Source of the DNA: Marsupella aquatica
Taxonomy: Eukaryota; Plantae; Marchantiophyta
Direction: 5' to 3'
Assembly (NCBI GenBank): GCA_973895155.1
Contig: OZ316895.1
Location: 22,580,558 to 22,644,557, forward strand
DNA length: 64,000 nucleotides
Shown in pieces: positions 38,488-48,202 of this stretch. Below the pieces are notes generated by a model. The model was not told the origin of the DNA, ran no database searches, and saw only the letters and a list, made by a program, of their open reading frames with translations. Position numbers and translations under genes: made by a program. Positions within the stretch are counted from its first letter, which is position 1. Each line of letters opens with the position of its first letter.

Positions 38488-41400
38488 ATGGGGCAAAATA
38501 TCTCGATCAGTGTAATCAGCTGCGGGAACATAGTGGGTCAACAGCTGATATCGGCTGTTCGCGAAGGAGATGCGGAGCTTGTGCAGCGAATGCTCGACGA
38601 TAAACCCAAGCTTTTGAACACCTTCCTGTCCTCTGAACGCCAGACACTCCTCCACGTCGCAGCGGCGCATGGCCAACTCGAGGTACTTTCTCTACCATTG
38701 TACTTTTCTGTAATCGCCCAACCTGGGAGGCATGATCTAGTAAGCAGTAAAATGGTATATGGGGACTTTTAGAAAGCAAACGCACACCGCCTCCTCCAAC
38801 GCTTTCCACTGCTGAAAAACTCGTCTCCATCGACGATCCCAATATCAGTCTGATTTCATTGATCTTCCAACCTTTTGGTCTTTCTCACTTCTTGAGGGTC
38901 TTTCTTAGTCTATAGTCTCAGCTCAAGTGAAACACTGAATTAGTGGCTGCTTGTGGGCATGGCTGGCACGGTGGAATTTCCGCTTTCGTAATTCATGAAA
39001 TGCCAATCCGTGTCCTACATCTTGCTATGGATGCCATCAAAGTCGAAGACTTGGTGCCTAAACAACGCATTGCCAGCATTTCGAAATCCCCTCAAACGAA
39101 ATTTCGGCTAACCTGTGCGGAATCCACTCTCGAGCCCTTCCAGTTGTCCATTTCTTCCCACCGAACCCAAGGGGTTTGAAACTGTATCTTTCATGGGATT
39201 GGCATAGTCTTTACATTTCAATCCTTCTAGATTGGACTGCTCACGAAGGTATTATTGTAGGTCGCAGTCCATCTGTGAACGGCCACTTCAGAACAAAATT
39301 CTTGGTCTCGCTACTGTGAGTACTTCACAGGCAGCATAGCCCATGCATGAAAGTGAGTTTGTTTGATTGAGATTGATGCCGCTTGAGTCGTCCGCTAGAT
39401 TTCTGCGTCTCCTTCATAGCCACATCGATAACTTTTGGTGGATTCCCTTCAAATGTGTATTAAGTAGAAATGCGTTTACTGAGTTTTGAAAATCTTCACT
39501 ATGGAAATTACATCGCATTCTCGGATCCAAGAATACTCATGTTCCTCACATTTGTTGCCGAGCGGCCCCACGCCTCACACGCGCGCACGTAGATTCGGTT
39601 GACTCTGATCTCTTTGTTCGTGTAAAGGGAACTGTAAGGCTTGACTTTGTTAGTACAACATATTTCTTGCGGGCCCTGGGTATCGACACATTTTTTTTGC
39701 CTTGAAAGGCATCGACACTTGCCGTGGAGCATACAAGCCATGTAGCAAGTGCAGGAACTGCTGACGTTTGTGCCTACTGGTATCTTCCGGCCGTCCTAAA
39801 CTGTGGTGCTCACTTTTGAAGAACTTGTTGACGGTAAGTGGAGGAGGGGGGTTCGTGGAGTTGTCACGTTCGCTGTTCCATAGCCTCTCCATCTTGTCAT
39901 AGGCTTGCAAGGCTAGTGACATGGAGGTTGTCTAACGTTAGTGAAGTTTCCAATTTGCCGGCGTTCTTACTAGTGGCTGTCATTTCGTTTGCTCAGGTGC
40001 TCTCTATGCTTCTGGAACGAGGCGCCCATCCGAATACTCTCAACAGAAATGGACAGGTGACTCCTCTCTTCGTACGTCTAGTAGCAAATTCTATCTTGTT
40101 CTGCTCTAGTCAGTTATGCCGTAGCACATCTGCTAAATGTCACACGGAAGTTCTTGCTTCGTAGCGAATCCAAGTTGTTGACAGTTAGTCGGACTATTCA
40201 GTGCGCGCATTCTCCTTGGTATTACGGCGTCCCCTGTATAGTCCGACGAGTTTTACATCCCAAATTATGTGATTCGTTGATGTAGCTAAAAGGTCTAATT
40301 TTCTGCCATATGCAACTGCAGACTCCCCTCATGCTGGCTTGTAAAAGTGGACAATGGACGTGTATAGAGCCTCTTCTTAAGGCTGGTGCCACTGTGAGTA
40401 ACAGCATTCTTAACCACATCTCTTAATTGTCTGCTCTGTACGCGGGTCCTCAAATATGTTGCAAAGGAATCAACCCGCTACGATTCTTAGTATTTGATTA
40501 TTTTCTCCGTCTGCCTACTCGAGATGCCCGCCCATGATCACACTCGAGATTCTGCAGATCTGTTCATCATGGTCCTTCTCTTGAATGTTCAAAACTTACG
40601 AGTTATCTCCTGAGTCCTTGTTCGTTACCTCGTTGGGCTTGGCGTCAGGAGATTGAGCTCAAATTCTCTACTTAAAACTTAAACTCACAAAATGTTGCCA
40701 GGCTTCTTTGGAGAAATCTTCCGTAAACTCTTTTCAGATTGATGTGTAGCTCTGCTAAAGACGGATGGCGATAGTTTGTTCACAGTAAGAATGGGTTTTA
40801 TTGTTGCTGCAGATTTTGGGTTTCGATTTCAGGTACGGGAGAACATGTCTACACTATGCCTGCAGGGGTGGCCACACGGAGTGCGTCCGCAAGATTTTGG
40901 ATTCGTCTCGGCAAGGCCCGGTATCTCAGTCATGGGGTCTTGCAAGATTTGTGAACTTGAGAGATTGCCGGGGCCATACTGCCCTACATGTGGGTTCGAG
41001 GATGGGACATGCATCTGTGGTGCGCCTGCTCCTTGACACTGGCGCCCTGGTGTCTTCCACCACCACCACCACCGGGAATGGGTAAGCGATCCTTTGCCGA
41101 CCTATCCCCCTCTTCAAATCATGGGCCGTCTATTGCAAGTTCCCGCTCTCAGTTCTCCATGTCCAGTTATCTCAACGGAGTTTCAACGTCCAACTAATTC
41201 CAAATCACTGTCTCCCGTTCTGTCCAATGTCCCATCTGGCTCTTCGTGGACGATCTTTGGCTGATTGGGGTACGTTGGTGGTTTGCTCTTCATTACGAAC
41301 CAACCGTTCGTCCTCGATTTGTGTGTCCAACGTCTCGTCCCACATTCCAATGTCTTATACAGGACTGTACTTTGCTATGTTCTGTTTTGGACTTCGATTA

Positions 41401-43853
41401 ATTTATGGTAATAAGCGACGAGCTATGCTTAAAGACATTGAATACCGAGTGGAGTCTATAGTGGTCGTCCCTGCTCTTTCATCCCTCTCACTGGCGAACT
41501 GAATTTCTCACTGGAGAGAGGGAATTGGTTGTCTGTTGCAGGCCTGGTCCTGGGAGCTCACCAATCCACTGTGCTGCACGTGTCGGATCTGTAGACTGCG
41601 TCAGAGAGCTTTTGGCATGGGGAGCCGATCGAAATCAGCGCGATCTCGCCGGGTCAGTGCCTCTCTCGCTCCCTCGATAACATACTTGATAGTAATTTCA
41701 ATTCAAATCAATTCACTCTCTCTCCCATTCCTGCGCCTTCGTTTGGATAAAATCCATTCAATCTCTATCTCCCCTTCCCGCGGCTACGTTTTGGATCGTC
41801 TGTTTCGGTCAGCCTGTAGCTTCTTCGTCTCTACCGACTCCGAAATCCGGTGGACCGCCTCTAGGCAACAATGGGTGGATATAGTATGGGAGAATCTTAC
41901 CAACGGAAAGTACGTAAATTTAAAAGCCTGAAGAGCATTATTTGACAAAATTGAGGTGTCACGGCCGCGCAAGAGTTTGACACCGCGCGTGGGCAAATTC
42001 TTCGCTGTCGGAGTATCAATATCCCGTTCAATTTCCTGCGAAATCTTCATAGCCGGCTAAAGCAATCAGGACCTGTTCATGATTCAATGCATAAGCGGTG
42101 AAAATTCGACCAAATAGTGATAAAAAGGAAAGGGAAAATGGCCCTCAAATCGGATCTGACATGCAGACATGCGATGTGATTCCAGGTACACTCCTTTTAG
42201 TATCGCGATGCAGCACAGCAACACCGCGTGCGCAGCTATTCTGAACCCCCACGCCGCTGAGCCATTGGTTTGGCCGTCCCCTTGGAAGTTCATGAGCGAA
42301 GCCGAGCTTGAGCCAGAGGCGAAGACGGTGTTGCAAGCCGCCTTAGCTCAGGCCAACATTGAACTAGACAGAGAAATCGCCATCCAAGCCAGTCAGGAAG
42401 AGGCCCGCAAGTCCAATCCGAGGAATCGCGGTTCATTGGCTTCTCTAATTGGTATATCGGAACAACGAGTAACTCCTACTGCTAACATTTTACAAGAGAC
42501 AGACACGGCTATACCCGCAAAGAAACCGTCCATAGAGGAGGCGCGAAGTTTTGTTGTCGGAGATCTTCAGAGTGAAACGGCCACCGAAGAGGCACGAATA
42601 TCTGGGGTTGGAGGTCTCCTCGATGAAGATCCCGTTGATGTAAGCCCCCTTCCTCTCGCTACAGTTTCCACTACTTTCCACCACCTATCTCTAATGATAT
42701 CACCTCTGCCTCAAACTCTGACTTGGTATCACGATTGAGTTAGATTCGTTTGATTTTCAGCTCTGTCCAGCACTGTAGTTTTACTTCTGCACTCCCTGAT
42801 GGTTACCATTGACGAACACCTACCGAGAAGCAAATACTTCTTTGCTTGCCAAACGCATAAATCTCACTGTAGCAGTACAAGTGATTCTTCCTTTATGGCA
42901 CAGATCTAATTTCTCCGTTATTTGCTGCGCTTCTAGTAGAGTATTCGCAGAGGCAAAAAGAGCCGGATAAATGAGCGTCCACCAATTTATAATTTGTTGT
43001 CCCTGGTAAATCCTGCCTGCAATAAGAACTGTATCTGACATTGTCTTACAGAGACATTGGCGGACAGTGTTTATGTGGATTTGACTGACGTGGTCGTTTG
43101 TTGTTAAATCAGACGGGAGGCAGTGGCGTCCAGGAAGTGTGTTGCATCTGTTTTGAACAATTCTGTACAATTGAGGTGATGGAGTGTGGGCATCAAATGT
43201 GCGCAACCTGTACCCTCTCACTGTGTTGTCACAACAAACCCAATCCGGCCATTCCGTATTCCCCGCCTCCGGCTTGTCCCTTTTGTCGTCACAGCATCGG
43301 GCGTCTGATTCTCGCACGGCCCAAGTCAAAACTTGCTGAGGCTTCCGAGAAGAAATCTAAACGCAAATTAAAGAGGTCACGATCCAAGCACTCAAGAGGT
43401 GAGTCCGGTGGTTTCGGCTCCTTCAGTGGCTCTATACTCGGTATCACGCTAGGCGGAAGTAAGAGACATGGAACCTCCGGCAGAGTTTCTGACGCTGTAC
43501 TCGAGCGATGTGGAAGTAAGAAGCTTGGAGCTTCCGGCAGACTTTCTGACGCTGTGCTTGAGCGATGTGGTAGTAAGAGGTTTGGAGCTTCTGGCAGATT
43601 TGTAGACGCTGTGCTTGAGCGATGTGGTAGTAAGAAGCTAGGATCTTCCGGCAGAGTTGCTGACTCCGACTGGCTCGAGCGATGTGGAAGTAAGAGAGTT
43701 GCTGACGCTGACTGGCTCGAGCGATGTGGATGTAAGAGAGTTGGCGCTTCCAGCAGAGTTGCTGACGCTGACTTGCTTGAGCGATGTGGTAGTACGAGAC
43801 TTGGAGCTTCCGGCAGAGTTGCTGGCACTGACTGGCTTGAGCCATCGGCATGA
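38488..43853 (+). CDS. XBAT31: Ankyrin-repeat RING-HC E3 ubiquitin ligase, XB3/XBAT31-like, 7 exons, ~633 aa
   Basis: GT-AG exons 38488-38682, 39997-40056, 40322-40393, 40813-41081, 41542-41652, 42186-42639 and 43113-43853 total 1902 nt. N-terminal MGQNIS myristoylation-type motif; ankyrin motifs TLLHVAAAHGQLE, TPLMLA, TCLHYA, WGLARFVNLRD and ELLAWGADR; AEPLVWPSPWKF; RING CCICFEQFCTIEVMECGHQMCATCTLSLCCHNKPNP..CPFCR. Confidence 0.95.
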
Positions 43854-43885
43854 GCGATGTGGAGTAAGAGAATTGGAACTTCCAG
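43452..43885 (+). repeat. Coding minisatellite, ~57-60-nt unit encoding ERCGSK(K/R)xG(A/S)SGR(V/L)xD(A/S)(V/DW)L; about 7 coding units plus one in the 3' UTR
   Basis: GAGCGATGTGG recurs at about 43503, 43560, 43617, 43677, 43719 and 43779, and again across the stop at about 43852. Confidence 0.93.
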
Positions 43886-44945
43886 CTGCATAGCAGAAAT
43901 GGACATGCTCGAGAGATTTTAAGTCTCCACTGTCAGATTAGGAATTTAAGGCTATTCACACCATGTCAAATAGTCATAACAGAGACAACAATCATACAGC
44001 GACCGGCATATTTGAGGGAGTTGTCAATTTGGGATCTTTGTACCTTGTCTCCCACTCGATGGAATTTAAAAGGCACGACACTTAAATTTAGGAGCTAGGT
44101 TTCTTACGACATCATTCTCTACGCACAAAAATTGTTCATGACAGACGCCTCCCGATGTGTGGCAATTGTCCTACACGTTCAGGTCTGCACTCTGGCGGCT
44201 GTGAAAACAACGGAAGTGCTTAGATTGAGTAGTGATACACCTACATTTTTTCTGGGTTGATCTCTGGAACCCAACGAGATTTTTGTCATCGTCTTGCCCT
44301 CATATTAGACAGATGTGGTCCCTCTGAGAGCTCTGAGAGAGTAGAGTGGACCAATTGATTTGATTTAGACCCTCCAAGTTGAGGGCAAGTGGCCTAAAAT
44401 AGTACTGTGTTTTAGCCCAGCTTGTTGCCTGACGAAATCCAGTTTTGGTTATGCGAATGATCAACTTGTGTGATGTGTTTCCGTTTGGAGGTATTTGCTT
44501 TCAGTTGGCAACTCATAAAGCCTGGAGACTGCTCAGACTAACTTGCACTGCATTCATCATGCGTTCCTCTCCATTGTTTCTCAATATGTGTTCAGGATTT
44601 GAACTCTCAGGATTTGAACTGAGAGTCGGTGGTTGGCAAGGATCGCACACGAAATGAGTTCCCACTGACTCCCACTTGAATAACGAAATAGAAGTCAGAT
44701 GAATACGACTTGAGTTGGAATCTATGTAAGATGGCTTTTCAAAGAGTGTTAATCTACTTCTGCTCGTCAGTGTCATCTAGACGAAATTGGAATCCTTCAC
44801 ATGAATCGTTTTGGAGGGTGACTGACTCAAATTCATGTGCACGTTAATATAGTCCTTTGAGTAAGTCCTGAAATGTATGTCTTTTCACATGATGCTCCTC
44901 AAACTTGCTGACATTCCTCTGGAGATTCCTTATGTTCTGAGGTGA

Positions 44946-45368
44946 GCTTGGAATGAACTTCACATGGATTCAACTTCACGATTACAAATTAGAAACATTC
45001 TCAAGTACTTATGCTTGGAATGAACTTGACATGGATTCAACTTCACGATTACAAATTAGAAACATTCTCAAGTACTTCTACTACAGTGCCTAATTATGTC
45101 GGAGATAGCTGGGCAGCTAATAACAGAAACCTGCATGTTCCTACTACCATCTCCCTTCAACAGTGCACTTTGGGACCTGAGAACCAAATTCTGTACGTGG
45201 AGGTTTCTCTCAGCAAAATCGATGCACTTTCCAACAGTATCTACCCTTAAATAGTAGGGAAGTTACACTGTCCACTGCAATTAGTAGCCCTTCAAATTTA
45301 CATATCACATAAAATAGTGTACACATTAATTAGTAGCCCTTCAAATTTACATATCACATAAAATAGTG
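44946..45368. repeat. Two near-perfect tandem duplications (67-bp period 44946-45077; 49-bp period 45279-45368)
   Basis: GCTTGGAATGAACTT.ACATGGATTCAACTTCACGATTACAAATTAGAAACATTCTCAAGTACTT twice; AATTAGTAGCCCTTCAAATTTACATATCACATAAAATAGTG twice. Confidence 0.9.
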
Positions 45369-46075
45369 AGACTCACATTATTCCAGTGTCACTCTAACTA
45401 CGGGTCACATGAAGTCACACTTTTGGTCTCACTAATTGAGGTGTTTGCCTTGAATACAGCTGCACACTTAGAATTGAGGCATAAAACACATAAAACCGAG
45501 ACTCAAGTCTACTCTCAATACAAAGTAAAGTATCTGACTTAACATTCTTAATTAGTGTGATTCGGGTTGGAAGAAAATGTTCACACAATTTAGTGCAAGT
45601 CACTCTAATTTTTGTATCACACTAATTATATGTACTCACATTATTTACGGTGGACAGTGTAGTGTATTCTGCAATGATGGTAATAGAAGTAGGGCAGTGG
45701 AATGATGGCTACTCTGAAGAGGCTGCAATGTTGAAGAAGACCGCTCACTTTACAAATTTGTTGCTGCTTGTCACTCAATTAGTTATTCAGATCTTATATT
45801 TGGTTCCTTGGCTCCAAGTTCCTAGAACAGTTGATCATTGGCTCCAGGTCGTAAGAACTCTCCAGTAGACTTGGCGTCCCAATAATTGCACTTCAAAATG
45901 AGACAATATACAATTGTACTAGGAATAAGTCTCAGTGGTTTAATTTAAACACAATAGTTGGGTTCAATATGGTATGGAGTGACATAGTAAACTGTATAGT
46001 GCCACAGTTTGGCATGCGGCTTTTGTGGCAAATCCAGCTGCTCTCACATTCAATTGCCGTTGTGAGCTTCACAGG

Positions 46076-46076
<1 letters not shown>

Positions 46077-46120
<44 letters not shown>
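46077..46120. repeat. (CT)n microsatellite
   Basis: Visible directly. Confidence 0.92.
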
Positions 46121-46124
<4 letters not shown>

Positions 46125-46550
46125 GATCTTAACACCATGATATACAATCCCATTCTTTTTTTCTCATGGTCACTTGTGTCAAATTGCCCCTCCTACTCCT
46201 CTCTCTCATCCTTTTCTCATCTTTGCACTATAATATGCAGTCCATCCTTTGTTTCTCATGGTCACGTTAGCAGGAAGCCCCCTCCCTTGTGGATTATGAG
46301 GGCACTTATTCCTAACCATGAGATGGATATGAAGGTGTCATTGTGTACCTTTCCAAACCCAACTCATCACTCTCCTTTAGCTTGTACATTCTTTGAAATC
46401 TAGTTGTCAAGCAGCAGATTTGTGACTCCCTGCAATGTCCTACCTGGCCATTTCAATGCTCAACAACACTTTTGCTCAAGATCATGTACAAAGGTTAATA
46501 TTGTGCAATGCCTAGCTAGTCCTTCAATAACCAACCCGAATAGGACAATT

Positions 46551-46754
46551 CTCGGGGGTTTCATTTCCACAAAAATGACACATCACGTGCAACAAAGTAT
46601 AGGGTCATTTTATTGGTTCAAAGGGAAGACTTAAGAATTTTTCTGAGAAGAATAATAGGGTTTTTCTAAATCAAATTTTGAGACTTATAAGAACATTAGG
46701 GTCCTTATAACCAAATATATCACGGGGAGGCATCCATATAGTGAGACCCCCGAG
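46551..46754. mobile_element. 204-bp MITE, same family as 24531-24795
   Basis: Perfect 8-bp TSD GGACAATT (46543-46550 and 46755-46762). TIRs CTCGGGGGTTTCA / TGAGACCCCCGAG match at 12/13. Interior shares AAGTATAGG..TTTTATTGG, AATTTTGAGA.TTATAAGAA and TAGGGT blocks with the other copy. Confidence 0.92.
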
Positions 46755-48018
46755 GGACAATTGGTGGTGCAATGTCTTCTAGACAAGGTTTTCTATGTGT
46801 GCATGAATTGTGGATGGTTGGTCTGTGGTAGTGTCCAGGAGTGGTGGACTTAGCCACCAAGCACCCTCACCAAGCCCCGTACCTTTGCCTAAGTACTCCT
46901 GATGCTTGAAAGCCTCCACAAAACTCCTTGAGCAAGCACCATGACACCGCTATCATCGCCAATGGAAACTCCCATACAAAGCCGCACTTGCTCTTCAACA
47001 CGATTGTAGCTCAATGCCCCATATTGTTTGCACATGCAACAAACCAACAAGTAAGCAACCCACCTTGATCTTGGAACCCAAGCCTACTGTCGTGCCACAA
47101 GCTCGATAGTCGTTAGTAAGTTGGTTAGCGCATAGAGTCTCCCACGCCCGCATGACCTTGCCATAAGCTGAAGCTACGGTCGGCACCCACTTTTTGTCCA
47201 AAATGGTCCCTCTACCACGTGCCACCCAAGCTTCTACACTTTCTATCCAGCTCTGGCTAACCACCCTGCCTCCATGACATGCCCACGGCCCAATTAGCTG
47301 GCCCGACTCTAGCAATTGTCTCCACAAATCCAACTCCACTATGTCACACCATTCTAGGTAGTATTATAGCATATTGTACTATCTAGGCTTGTACATTTTG
47401 TATGTAGGTTATATGAGTCGATAGGTTATATGAGTCGATAGGGTTCAGTTGGGTTTGTGTGGAGAGTAATTCTCCCATTGTGAGGCATTGAAAGGTAATC
47501 GTTCTATGTTGAACCTTGGAGAGGGGAGCTCGAGTTGTGGCTATGGTGGTTGAGAGCTGCTTCTGTGTAACGTCAATTCCTTGAGTGCAAGGTGCATTGG
47601 GCTTGACATACATGTGTGATCGGATCAGACGGGATTGATTGTGTGTTGATTGGTACTGATTGCTGTCGGATTTCATGAAAGATTATTGTGGGTTTTAGAC
47701 ATGTGTGGGCCTGGGTGTTGAGGTCTAAGTGCATCCCCGTGATCCTAGTTACAAATTCTTTTAGACATCCTATGAAAATGGGGCAGGAAAGAAATTTGGA
47801 GTTGCAAGTTTCCGTTTAGTTGACCTTTGCCGGAGCTACTTTTGTGTGCAAAATCCCAGGTAAACTGAAAATGCTTATGTAAAAAGTGCACTTCTGGCCA
47901 TACTAAAGGGGAATTTGTATCCCAAATTTCTTCCCCCTCCCTAACCACCCTAGCCTTCCACACATTCTATTTATTTCTTTTGTCCTCAAATCCTTACTAG
48001 ATTTTTTTTCTTGTTTGT

Positions 48019-48202
48019 TTCCCTTCAATGTCTTTCATCTGACCAGTTTGACGAGGGTAATGAGAAAGGCTCGGGACATCTATTTCTTGAGTCAAATTTT
48101 TTGGTAAGCAGGTCCCCACGCTAGGTAGCAAAGTGAAAAATCACAACCCAAAAGGGCTTGGGACAAAAACATTATGGCTAAAAAAACTCTTTTGATGCTA
48201 CC
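48019..48202 (+). repeat. Dispersed host repeat, copy 2, left part (continues at 55930-55990)
   Basis: Colinear with 23820-24008 plus 30390-30445, roughly two-thirds identical by eye. Confidence 0.85.

Noticed and set aside
43289-43906. 205-aa and 135-aa repetitive minus-strand ORFs
   Set aside because: Shadow frames of the XBAT coding repeat.
47370-47753. LTR-like segment ending ..CTAGTTACA
   Set aside because: No matching 5' terminus, TSD, PBS or second copy could be identified. Probably a TE relic, but not supportable as a defined feature.
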